A stretch of 64,000 nt of DNA, taken from the IMG/VR virus record IMGVR_UViG_3300042204_000022; one strand, 5' to 3'. Both the position numbers and the translations under genes were made by a program. The notes below the pieces were generated by a model. That model was not told the origin of the DNA and did not search any database. It worked only from the letters and a program-made list of their open reading frames with translations. Below, piece by piece: positions 19,342 to 28,075 of the stretch (position 1 is the first letter of the stretch; each line of letters opens with the position of its first letter). Source of the stretch: a virus (lineage: Duplodnaviria; Heunggongvirae; Uroviricota; Caudoviricetes).

Positions 19342-19628
19342 GACTTCGTGTAACGCTCTACAAGCACGGTAATCGCTGAAAACGATATTGCATACGCTAT
19401 AACCTGAAAAGCGTCTGTAGCGACGAATAGAGCGGTCACAGCACCTATATAGATCGAGAGACAGGTCATACACGATATAAGATCGAATAAACCGCCTCTT
19501 TGTTGCTGGTTTTTAGCTAATTTTGCCCTCAATATCTCGAAAATAGCGACGGGACCCATTTCGTGTGCGAGCATATACGATAAACGCCACGTAATTAGGC
19601 CGCCGACAATAATGGTTACGATGTCCAT
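19338..19628 (-). CDS. membrane protein
   Basis: 3 TM helices; start at MDIVTIIVGG. Confidence 0.35.
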   Translation of the reverse strand: MDIVTIIVGGLITWRLSYMLAHEMGPVAIFEILRAKLAKNQQQRGGLFDLISCMTCLSIYIGAVTALFVATDAFQVIAYAISFSAITVLVERYTKS

Positions 19629-19632
19629 GTCT

Positions 19633-19875
19633 CTAGGCCGGGCTGTCCGGAGTCTCAGGCTCTTCGACTTTATCGGGGTGGCTTGCAAGAATCTTGTCGA
19701 GTTCTTCTTGGTCCATTTTTGTCCCCGAAACGACAAAGCCATCTTGGGAGGTAACGAAGTAGGTGCCGTCCTCAAGCTTATAGATTAAGCCTGTCATAAA
19801 CATACGCTTAGACAGCTCTTCGTCGAATAGTGTCTCAACTACCTTAAGCATCTGTGGTAGCCTCTTCTGGTTCAT
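19633..19875 (-). CDS. hypothetical protein
   Basis: ORF. Confidence 0.4.
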   Translation of the reverse strand: MNQKRLPQMLKVVETLFDEELSKRMFMTGLIYKLEDGTYFVTSQDGFVVSGTKMDQEELDKILASHPDKVEEPETPDSPA

Positions 19876-20236
19876 TTAAGAATCCATTATCGTCAAGACC
19901 ACGCTCTTCGATTGCGGCAAGGTAATCCTTTAGCTGTTGTGCTTTGTTCTCGTAGACTGTAATACGTGACTGAACTTCAGCTTTCTCGATGTCTTCGTAC
20001 TTGAACTCTTTAAGTGCTGTCTCAAGAGCAGCCTTCAGTTCATTAAACGAGTTGAACCTGAATGGGATCTCCTGCACGTGACGAGATGGAGAGGTGATAA
20101 GTGCAGAGTACTTAACCTTGCCCGGTTCGATACTAGAGGTTGACACCTGAACCGTATAATCAAGGGTTGAATCCTTGAATACGTTGCGAATAATTTTCTT
20201 GATGATTTTTTCTGCTGCTAGTATGTCTTTTTCCAT
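19844..20236 (-). CDS. hypothetical protein
   Basis: ORF. Confidence 0.45.
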   Translation of the reverse strand: MEKDILAAEKIIKKIIRNVFKDSTLDYTVQVSTSSIEPGKVKYSALITSPSRHVQEIPFRFNSFNELKAALETALKEFKYEDIEKAEVQSRITVYENKAQQLKDYLAAIEERGLDDNGFLNEPEEATTDA

Positions 20237-20571
20237 TATTTTCTTCCTAATTTACGTTTGCGTTTTAATTCTTTGCGAGACTGACGAGCCCATGTTGCTT
20301 TTGTCTTATCTGGGTCATCTGGTGGAAATGTCCTGCGAGTCTTGCGGTTATTGACAACGATTTCGCCGTCGTTGCTAAAATTCAGGTTGTTTGATTTTTC
20401 TACTGGTCCCATTTACTTTTCCTTCTGTCCGAAGCCGAGCTTTTCTTTGTTTATGTGTTTTAAGTACCTGTTAAAAGCCTTAGCTAGAATCCTGACCTCT
20501 TTATTCTCGGCAGATTCTTCGAGGTCTTCTAGCCTCAGCAACAGTAACGCAAGTTCATCCATACTTCTATT

Positions 20572-21627
20572 TTAATCTTTTTTCTTACGCTTGTCCAGCA
20601 CAATATCTGTTCTTTCGTTAGAAAACTTCAGACGGTGGCATATTCCTGTGTTAATTTCACGAGCGATTTTCTTTTGTAGGTCGTACCCGATGTAACCGTA
20701 CTCGTCCCACTTACGAGACGCTGGCATTGACACATGCTCTAACCACTTCTTCCACCTAACATCTACACTGTCTTCTGGTGAGAAGATAGGATTAGCGTGT
20801 AGTTGCTCCATATCAAAGGTGTAGTGACGCTTCGACCACTCGTTGCCAGCAACTTTGTTCTGGTTAATCATAAACGAAAGCTCAGGGATCATAAACTTCA
20901 GAACTCCGAACTCCTCTAGTAAGGCGATACCAGTGTTGTGGTACTCGCCCATGAGAAGTTTGTCAATTTCCTGCACCCAACGCTCCTTTGAAACGTCAAG
21001 AATGCGATCTGCGAGCTGACGAGACTTACCAGTGAAATTAGGGTCAATATTGAAACCGTAGCGTGCGGCAAAGCGGGCAGCACGAAGAATACGAAGTGGG
21101 TCTTCTTGAATGCGGTCTTTAGGCATACCGACAGTCTTAATCTGCTTTGCGTAGATGTCGAGCTTACCGCCATAAGGGTCATAGATAGAACCGTCAGAGC
21201 GTAGAACCATTGCGTTCATCGTGAAGTCACGACGAGCAAGGTCTTCGTCAAGAGAAGTTACAAATGCTACCTCTGGCTTACGAGACTTAGAGGTGTAAAC
21301 TTCTGAGCGGAAGGTGGTTACTTCAACGTATTCGTACTTAAATACAGCATCAGAGAACCCGTATCCGTCATCGCCTATCATCTCAAGCTTGTCTTGAATC
21401 GGCACCTTAAAACCGATAGTACCAAACTTCTCACCGATAGTGTAGACACGACGACCCGCAGCCTTGACCTTCTCTGTCATTTCATCGGGCAGTAGAGAGG
21501 TGGTGAAATCGTAGTCTTTAGGTGTGTTACCCATTACGAGGTCACGAACAGAACCACCGACAAGATAAACATCTTCGGTGCCTAAAATTTTCTGTACTTC
21601 TTTTTGTATGTATAGTGCTTTTTCCAT
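20572..21627 (-). CDS. tRNA nucleotidyltransferase (CCA-adding enzyme / poly(A) polymerase family)
   Basis: GGSVRDL...DYDF nucleotidyltransferase head motif, RRDFTMNA, LRILRAARFAA; start set at MEKALYIQ. Confidence 0.75.
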   Translation of the reverse strand: MEKALYIQKEVQKILGTEDVYLVGGSVRDLVMGNTPKDYDFTTSLLPDEMTEKVKAAGRRVYTIGEKFGTIGFKVPIQDKLEMIGDDGYGFSDAVFKYEYVEVTTFRSEVYTSKSRKPEVAFVTSLDEDLARRDFTMNAMVLRSDGSIYDPYGGKLDIYAKQIKTVGMPKDRIQEDPLRILRAARFAARYGFNIDPNFTGKSRQLADRILDVSKERWVQEIDKLLMGEYHNTGIALLEEFGVLKFMIPELSFMINQNKVAGNEWSKRHYTFDMEQLHANPIFSPEDSVDVRWKKWLEHVSMPASRKWDEYGYIGYDLQKKIAREINTGICHRLKFSNERTDIVLDKRKKKD

Positions 21628-21896
21628 TATTCTATTTCCTCTAGGGTTGAAATGTCGATTTCGTGCATCTCCATCTCGATACGCATTCCCCAATCAGCCC
21701 AACCGTTTTCAATGATGTAATGTTTTGTGTGTTCTTTTACGAATTGATCGTGTTCTTCTTGTGTGCTTATCGGGTAGGGCTGAGCAGATAAATGCTTTAC
21801 ATAATACCCTTTGACTTCACGAGTTCTATAGCCAACAAATGGGTCGGGCGTTTCTGGGGGCAGTGTTGTAGCCTTATACCTTTTTGGCTCAGTCAT
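21627..21896 (-). CDS. hypothetical protein
   Basis: ORF. Confidence 0.4.
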   Translation of the reverse strand: MTEPKRYKATTLPPETPDPFVGYRTREVKGYYVKHLSAQPYPISTQEEHDQFVKEHTKHYIIENGWADWGMRIEMEMHEIDISTLEEIE

Positions 21897-22093
21897 TAGT
21901 CTTTATTCCCGCGAATTGCACCACCGAACAGCCACAGAAGGGCGTTGATGGCTAATGCTACATGAAATACGAGTGGCGTTGCACCGTAGTATTCAAGAAT
22001 AATGTTAGTCAAGAGCATAAGAACGAATGCACTTGCGAAAAAAATACCTACGAATAGGACTGCGATCATCCCTGTTGCTAAAAATGCTTTCAC
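21896..22093 (-). CDS. small membrane protein
   Basis: 2 TM helices. Confidence 0.4.
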   Translation of the reverse strand: MKAFLATGMIAVLFVGIFFASAFVLMLLTNIILEYYGATPLVFHVALAINALLWLFGGAIRGNKD

Positions 22094-22347
22094 TTCTTTG
22101 TCTCCTTTTCGACATATTCTTTGCCGTTTACTTTAATGGTTGTCTTACCGTTTTTAGTGACGATTTCAATCTTATTACCACCCTGTGAGATGGTTGATCT
22201 GCTCGTACCGAATGAAGATTTCTGAACTACCGAGCTATTGCCGTTAATGACAATATTATTCTCGCCGACAGAGTTAATCTCATTTTCGATTTGATCTGGC
22301 AGAGAATCCATCAAATCACTAAATTTATCCCAAAATCCCTTTTTCAT
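22090..22347 (-). CDS. hypothetical protein
   Basis: ORF. Confidence 0.4.
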   Translation of the reverse strand: MKKGFWDKFSDLMDSLPDQIENEINSVGENNIVINGNSSVVQKSSFGTSRSTISQGGNKIEIVTKNGKTTIKVNGKEYVEKETKK

Positions 22348-22465
22348 AGCTCGTCCTTTCTGTAATTTACGATTGCGTATAATTGGTCGTAGGTGAATGG
22401 GAATTCTGTGAGAAAAGCCTCGCTCACAACTGTTTTTTGCATATAGCTTGTAACAAAGATACTCA

Positions 22466-23395
22466 TTATTTTACCCTCTTATAACGACCTTTTATTTTTG
22501 GCTCACCATAATCTCCAGTATCTTCACGAGCCGATAGTAATTGGTCAATCAACTTAAAGTCCTCATCGCTAACGGTAAGCTGTTCTGATTTAGCTCTTGC
22601 TGGCGGCTTGCCCGTGCTGAACCAACTCCATTTATTCTCTACGTGTCTCTTAAGAAATGGTGTTAGACTAAGTTCGCCATCATAAGTTTCAGAATATGAC
22701 ATCCACGCAAGAACCTTGACAGGCTTTTCTCTTTTGACGAGAGTTCTGCGAGACCTGTTATACCAATACCTGTTGTCCTGTTCCTCTTTTTCTTCGTAGT
22801 AATCCCATACTTCACCAATACAGATGCTTTTCTGGGTAATCGTAGCATAAACACCACCGATCTCCCACTTAGTAGTCTTTTTAGCACTCTTCATTGCCTC
22901 TTTGTGGTTCTTGTCTTTGACAGCCTCTGCGTAAGCGTCCATACCCTCGTGTATGAATCCCGGTTGACCGCCCTTGCGAACAAACATAAGACCCTGTTTG
23001 ACTTTACCCTTCTCCATATCGCTATTGCGAATTAGGTCGGCGAGAATAGCGTCATTAACACCTACGATGAACTCCACCCCATCTTTCTCTACCTTGCACT
23101 TCCAGAACGATAGACGACCGCCTTGAGATGAACCGCCCGCTGAGTCAAGAATTGTAACGGTGAACCCGCTATTATCGAAAATATGTACATTTGGTGCGTG
23201 CACGATCGTCTCTTTGTCGTTATCGTACCTATTGTCGTAGCGAGTAGCCCAATCTTCTGCCGTTTTGCGAGCTTTTTCGTCATCGGCTTCGAAAATATAG
23301 CCGTCAAACGTCTCTTTACCGCGCCAAGACTGCTGTTTCTGAGAGCAGACAGCAACGCCTACTTTGTCCATCATTTTCCAGTAGTTATACGCCAT
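22466..23395 (-). CDS. hypothetical protein (member of RNA-repair cassette)
   Basis: 309-aa ORF, no recognised motif. Confidence 0.5.
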   Translation of the reverse strand: MAYNYWKMMDKVGVAVCSQKQQSWRGKETFDGYIFEADDEKARKTAEDWATRYDNRYDNDKETIVHAPNVHIFDNSGFTVTILDSAGGSSQGGRLSFWKCKVEKDGVEFIVGVNDAILADLIRNSDMEKGKVKQGLMFVRKGGQPGFIHEGMDAYAEAVKDKNHKEAMKSAKKTTKWEIGGVYATITQKSICIGEVWDYYEEKEEQDNRYWYNRSRRTLVKREKPVKVLAWMSYSETYDGELSLTPFLKRHVENKWSWFSTGKPPARAKSEQLTVSDEDFKLIDQLLSAREDTGDYGEPKIKGRYKRVK

Positions 23396-24074
23396 GTTTC
23401 ATCCTTATCTCGTACAAGAGATTGTTAAGTCTTTCATAGTCTGGCTCATCTGGCAGCACAGATACAATATTCTCAAACTCTGCGTCTTGACGCATAAACT
23501 CATCAACCACTTCATCTGCTGTCTTTTCGCCCATAGCAAAGAGGTATTCACGCTGTTCTGGGGTGACCTTAACCTGAAGCGTGCCAGTTTCAAGTAGCTG
23601 ACGTGCTTGCATGAGAAGTCTGAAGCAGTGACGTGTGTGTTTTGCGAAACGATTCTTAAGAGAACTGTCGTAGCCGTCGAGACCCTGCTCGGTGCGGTTG
23701 TTCAGACGCTTAGCTTGCGAGAATGCGTACCCACGATAGGCGTTCATCACCGCTTTCGTAGATAGAAATGCGTCGCGGTTATCAATCAACATCTGACCGA
23801 TAGGTGAAAGCTCTGTGTATTCATTTAAGTAAAGAAGCTCGGTGACAGTTGGGTTGCCCGAAACGACAAGTTTCATAAATTTACCCACTTCGTGATATAC
23901 CCAATCTGGGTCTACGTGGTCTTTTGTCGTGTGCTGTGGGTCGAAGCCCATCTCCAACACCTTGCGGGTAGGAAGTAAGTAAACACCCTTAATATCAACA
24001 TCCGAATTTTCAGTGTTAAGTCCGTATGCGGTGCTACCCGTAATACCTTCTAGAATAATATTATCTGGCTTCAT
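23385..24074 (-). CDS. Pol-beta-superfamily nucleotidyltransferase
   Basis: GSTAYGLNTENSDVDIKGV (GS-x9-SDxD nucleotidyltransferase fold motif). Confidence 0.55.
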   Translation of the reverse strand: MKPDNIILEGITGSTAYGLNTENSDVDIKGVYLLPTRKVLEMGFDPQHTTKDHVDPDWVYHEVGKFMKLVVSGNPTVTELLYLNEYTELSPIGQMLIDNRDAFLSTKAVMNAYRGYAFSQAKRLNNRTEQGLDGYDSSLKNRFAKHTRHCFRLLMQARQLLETGTLQVKVTPEQREYLFAMGEKTADEVVDEFMRQDAEFENIVSVLPDEPDYERLNNLLYEIRMKHGV

Positions 24075-24432
24075 CTCTCTTCGCTTTCATTAGAGTTATT
24101 CCATCTTTTGCATCTTGCAGTCTTTTTTCGGTGTATTCGCTTTTGTAAGAGCCTTTTTCATAGTCTGCGATGTCGCCATCAACCATATCTGACATCATGT
24201 CTATAACACTAGTCGCTTTTAGCTCTTCTTCTTTGACTTCGATCTCGACAATTTCAGCATCGAGATAAACCTCAGCACGTGACGGCCTATAGCTATAGCG
24301 GTCCATAAACTGACGTAGGTGATTTTTAAGGTGACCGATGTTAGCCCAAGTCTTACCGCCCTTAGTAAAGTCAGGGTCCATTCCACCAGAGGAGTAACGT
24401 CCATCTTTGTCTCTAATCCTATAGACTTTCAC
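24061..24432 (-). CDS. hypothetical protein
   Basis: ORF. Confidence 0.4.
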   Translation of the reverse strand: MKVYRIRDKDGRYSSGGMDPDFTKGGKTWANIGHLKNHLRQFMDRYSYRPSRAEVYLDAEIVEIEVKEEELKATSVIDMMSDMVDGDIADYEKGSYKSEYTEKRLQDAKDGITLMKAKRDEAR

Positions 24433-24901
24433 GTGCAGCCTTTTTCAGACCCCTAAATACGAATCCGCTTTCTACTTTTAGATTTCCGGGAATAATAATC
24501 TTCTCTTTTGTACCTACGTCGATACCAAGTGCTGTGTCTACGTGCTTTACAGTTACGTGACCATTGTAAAGTGGGAATGCTTCGAATACCTGACGCAGCT
24601 CCTCGTTGTCACCTACGAATGCTGCAAGAGCGGTGATAGAGTATGCGTCTACTTCGTTTACGCCTTCATCGATGTAATAATCTGAGTCAATCTCAGCACC
24701 GTCGAGGTAAATTGCGAGGTTCTGAAGTTGCATGGCGTTCTTCGCTTCAAGAACAATTACTGTGCGACGAAAATCGCTTAAGAAGTCTTCTTTAGAGTTG
24801 CCATTAAGTAACATTGCTGAGTGAACAGCTTGAGCAGCTGCTTTGCCGGGAGACATCTTTAGCTCGCCGTTCAAAACTACGTACATTATTGGATTTTTCA
24901 T
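24419..24901 (-). CDS. peptidyl-tRNA hydrolase, PTH2 family
   Basis: YVVLNGELKMSPGKAAAQAVHSA resembles PTH2 N-terminal signature. Confidence 0.6.
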   Translation of the reverse strand: MKNPIMYVVLNGELKMSPGKAAAQAVHSAMLLNGNSKEDFLSDFRRTVIVLEAKNAMQLQNLAIYLDGAEIDSDYYIDEGVNEVDAYSITALAAFVGDNEELRQVFEAFPLYNGHVTVKHVDTALGIDVGTKEKIIIPGNLKVESGFVFRGLKKAARESL

Positions 24902-25230
24902 TTTTGTGCCTCCATAAGATAGTCGTACAGCTCGCCAGCGTCATGAATCGCCAACCTTTTGGTGTTCGGGTCATCTGCATCGCCGAGATAAACAGCATAC
25001 GTCTCAGCATTCTTGCCACACTCAGGGCCGTCCCAGAACCACCAGCTGATGATTTCATCGTGGTCGAGCGTCTCAATTACCTTCTCTACGAGAGGAGTAC
25101 TGAACACAAGACTATGATTAAATCCGTCTTTTACAACATTATCCAGAGACTTACCAATTTCCCTGTCACGTTCTTCTTGTGCGATTAGTGCGTTGATGAT
25201 TTGTACGAACTGCTCTTTTGATATATTCAT
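24898..25230 (-). CDS. hypothetical protein
   Basis: ORF. Confidence 0.4.
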   Translation of the reverse strand: MNISKEQFVQIINALIAQEERDREIGKSLDNVVKDGFNHSLVFSTPLVEKVIETLDHDEIISWWFWDGPECGKNAETYAVYLGDADDPNTKRLAIHDAGELYDYLMEAQK

Positions 25231-25265
25231 GTACTAAATATAACAAAGCATAAGCAGAATGTCAA

Positions 25266-26180
25266 CTAAAATTCGTAACGAACATCACCCCTCTGTAGGA
25301 CGTTGATTCCATAGTAGTCTCTCAGGTGATTTGCTACACGAGGACGGTCATCAATCCAGAATAGGATGTTATACTTCCCGCGAATATGCTCTTCGATGAA
25401 CTCACCTTTAACGATAGCGTCGTTGCGGTTGTCGTTCTCTGCACGCATCACGAGCTTGTCGTATTCGATGTCGTTTTTCTCTAACCATGCCTCAGTTTCT
25501 GGGCGACATACTGCGTCACGTCCTGAGAAGATAAATAGCTCTACGTCATCTATGCCACGTTTGCCGTGTATAAACTGCACCCCGTCTAATAAGGCTGCAA
25601 CACCGAGGTTAATTTCGTCATTACCAACTTTATGCCATTCATAAGGCGAACGGTTTTTTGGACCGTTTGTGAGACTGCCGTCTAGGTCGCTTACTACCAA
25701 CCATTTGAGGCTTGGGTCGTAGCTAAGAAATGTTGGCAGCGTCTTAACGCTTTCATGAAACATTCTGCGGATAACTTGTTCGCCAACACTGTCTTCACGG
25801 TTCTTATCACGTTCAATCACCTCTGCGAGTGGTACATCTAAGAAACTTTCGATGACCACCTCAGCACCAAATTCTTTTGCGATATTTGTGATTCTGGTGA
25901 CGTGTTTTTGCACAAGGTTTGTGTCTGAAGAGACTACGCTTTTACCTTGTGAAAGTGCTTGCTGAATAAGACGGTCACGTTCTTTGATAACGATTGACTC
26001 ATCGCCACGTTTGTGACTGTACGCACCGTCCTTAAACAGGCGACCATCTTTGCGGATTTCATCTTTTTCTACACGTACACGATTCTCTTTATCTTCTGAT
26101 ACCCATTGACGGGCGAACGTAGTTTTACCAGAAGCCGGTAGACCCCTAGTAATTACTACGGTTAATTTACTATTCTTCAT
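25266..26180 (-). CDS. polynucleotide 5'-kinase / 3'-phosphatase (Pnkp, T4 PseT-like)
   Basis: N-terminal P-loop GLPASGKTTFA; C-terminal HAD phosphatase DLDGSL...FWIDDRP. Confidence 0.75.
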   Translation of the reverse strand: MKNSKLTVVITRGLPASGKTTFARQWVSEDKENRVRVEKDEIRKDGRLFKDGAYSHKRGDESIVIKERDRLIQQALSQGKSVVSSDTNLVQKHVTRITNIAKEFGAEVVIESFLDVPLAEVIERDKNREDSVGEQVIRRMFHESVKTLPTFLSYDPSLKWLVVSDLDGSLTNGPKNRSPYEWHKVGNDEINLGVAALLDGVQFIHGKRGIDDVELFIFSGRDAVCRPETEAWLEKNDIEYDKLVMRAENDNRNDAIVKGEFIEEHIRGKYNILFWIDDRPRVANHLRDYYGINVLQRGDVRYEF

Positions 26181-26412
26181 TTTGATTTTCTCCACGAAGG
26201 GCTACGAGTGTGGTGTCTCTTTTTCTAAGTATAGTATCTACGGTAACTCCGTAAGCGCCTTCAAGTACCTCTGATGCGAGGTTCATTCTTTTTTCTATTT
26301 CTGTAGCTTTTTCGCCAAGCTTTAGTATATGATCTACGATTCCTTCTGGACCCATAGATTCGAGTAGTTCAACTTCTGACAATCCGGGCAATGATTCTTG
26401 GCGTTCTATCAT
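26170..26412 (-). CDS. hypothetical protein
   Basis: ORF. Confidence 0.35.
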   Translation of the reverse strand: MIERQESLPGLSEVELLESMGPEGIVDHILKLGEKATEIEKRMNLASEVLEGAYGVTVDTILRKRDTTLVALRGENQNEE

Positions 26413-27680
26413 TCTACTTTACCTTCCTCTTCCATATCTAGTGCTTCTTCGTCCATCATCTTGCTTTCGTGAGCAAAAAATAGAGGACTCTTCAGCTTAG
26501 CAATATATGGGGCTAGACCTTCGATGCGAATACACACGCCTTCGTCACAAGGGCTTTCCTTGTCTAGCGGTACAGCATTAGCGTAACCACCATGTAGTGT
26601 ATCATGATAATTCGTATCTAACCACTCTTCAGGGTTAAAGTCTTGGTGCTTACCACGCCATAGTTCTGGCACGTGCTTCAAGCCACGATCGCGAGTCCAC
26701 TCTTTGAGCTGATCCCAGCTAAGGTCAGTCATAATACCCTGACCGTTGATCTGTGCGACACGGTAAACGTAGAAGTCGTTTGTCATGTGAGGCACACGGT
26801 AGGTATAGTTCTTCTGAATTGGTACACCATCTGGTGTCCATCCGATTAGCTCGCCATAAACGACGAAGTTTTCAGGAACGAGGTCGTCGTACTTCTTCGC
26901 TGCTTCAGTCCAGATGTCGTGTTCATAGAAGTGCATCTGACGTTCGTTATTCGCATCCTTAATAACACGGTTTGAACCGTACACGTGGTCGTATTCAGTT
27001 TTCTGCACACGTACACCAAGCTTAGATGCGACCTTCTCAACGACAGATAGTTTGCGTGCTACGGGAATGTTAGAGAAACGAAGCAGGGTACCGTGAAGCT
27101 TCTGAGTCACGATGATTTCTGTGTATGGCTTGAACGTATCGAGAACACGGTAGTACTGTGATGTGTCATAGTGACGAGGGAAGAGTTTTTCGTCTACACG
27201 AGTGAACACCTTGTGCTTGTTATTTTCGTGAGCTGGTGTTGATTTGCGCTTGACTTCATACTTCTTACAGATTTCGAAGCCATTCAATTCTTCAAATACG
27301 TCACCGACCTTAAGTTCGCTCAGGTCTACCTTAGTGTAGGCGAGAGATGAAAGTGGCATGAACAACGCATCAGAGCGGTTGCCGCGAAGCTTAATAGCCT
27401 TAACACGACGGTTGTCTTCGATGAATCCAGTCTTGTCTTTGTCTTCGTTAAACTCGTGATGACGAAACAGGTTGTTCTTAGCAGTGTACTCATCGCTAAG
27501 CTGCGTTCCCGCTACGAATACGACACCGACAGTGCCAATCTCAGTTTCCTTAGAAACTACCGCCTGCATACCCAGCAGTGGTGCACCAAGAAGATTGTCA
27601 CTGTTTTCAAGTGGGTTGAGAGCACTAATCTTTACGATCTGTGCTGCATAGTTTATGTTTTCAGGTTCTTTTAGTTTCAC
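26409..27680 (-). CDS. ATP-dependent RNA ligase (Rnl2-like motifs; N-terminal extension + C-terminal nucleotidyltransferase domain, DraRnl/Rnl5-like architecture)
   Basis: motif I TQKLHGT (KxHGT), motif III-like VYGELIGW, motif IV EGVCIRIEG, C-terminal K-rich; NTase domain located in C-terminal half. Confidence 0.65.
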   Translation of the reverse strand: MKLKEPENINYAAQIVKISALNPLENSDNLLGAPLLGMQAVVSKETEIGTVGVVFVAGTQLSDEYTAKNNLFRHHEFNEDKDKTGFIEDNRRVKAIKLRGNRSDALFMPLSSLAYTKVDLSELKVGDVFEELNGFEICKKYEVKRKSTPAHENNKHKVFTRVDEKLFPRHYDTSQYYRVLDTFKPYTEIIVTQKLHGTLLRFSNIPVARKLSVVEKVASKLGVRVQKTEYDHVYGSNRVIKDANNERQMHFYEHDIWTEAAKKYDDLVPENFVVYGELIGWTPDGVPIQKNYTYRVPHMTNDFYVYRVAQINGQGIMTDLSWDQLKEWTRDRGLKHVPELWRGKHQDFNPEEWLDTNYHDTLHGGYANAVPLDKESPCDEGVCIRIEGLAPYIAKLKSPLFFAHESKMMDEEALDMEEEGKVE

Positions 27681-28038
27681 TTTCTTTTTCCTTTTTGAAT
27701 AAATCGTTTAGCTCTGGTAAATTCTCCTCATAGAACATTAGTGCCATTGCGTTCCATGCTACTGCTGCTATGTGGTCTTCAGTTCTGTCGCCCTCTCTCC
27801 ATTGAATGAGGTGACGAAATAATGATGCGTAGGCACGAGAAAACGGTTGACCTTTCTTCCAGTTGTCGTCGCCGTATTTCTCTGCACCACGTGCATACAA
27901 GTCTGCGAGTCTGCGAAGCCCCTCTGTTGGGATTAGATCAAAGCGAGGCTTGCCATCTTGAACGTCTCTCACCATGCCAGTTGAAAAGCTCTGCCTCTTG
28001 CCAGAATCCTTTGTAATAAATTCTTTCTTACCGCTCAT
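27661..28038 (-). CDS. MazG-like / dNTP diphosphohydrolase N-terminal-domain-like protein
   Basis: RFDLIPTEGLRRLADLYARGAEKYGDDNWKKG; start moved to ATG 28038 (leaderless). Confidence 0.35.
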   Translation of the reverse strand: MSGKKEFITKDSGKRQSFSTGMVRDVQDGKPRFDLIPTEGLRRLADLYARGAEKYGDDNWKKGQPFSRAYASLFRHLIQWREGDRTEDHIAAVAWNAMALMFYEENLPELNDLFKKEKESETKRT

Positions 28039-28075
28039 GCTTTTATTATATCTGAGCAAAGTGCTTATGTCAACT
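28039..28075 (-). promoter_or_regulatory. sigma70-like promoter, leaderless start (TTGACA-N17-TATAAT-N6-ATG)
   Basis: minus-strand TTGACATAAGCACTTTGCTCAGATATAATAAAAGC-ATG. Confidence 0.6.
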
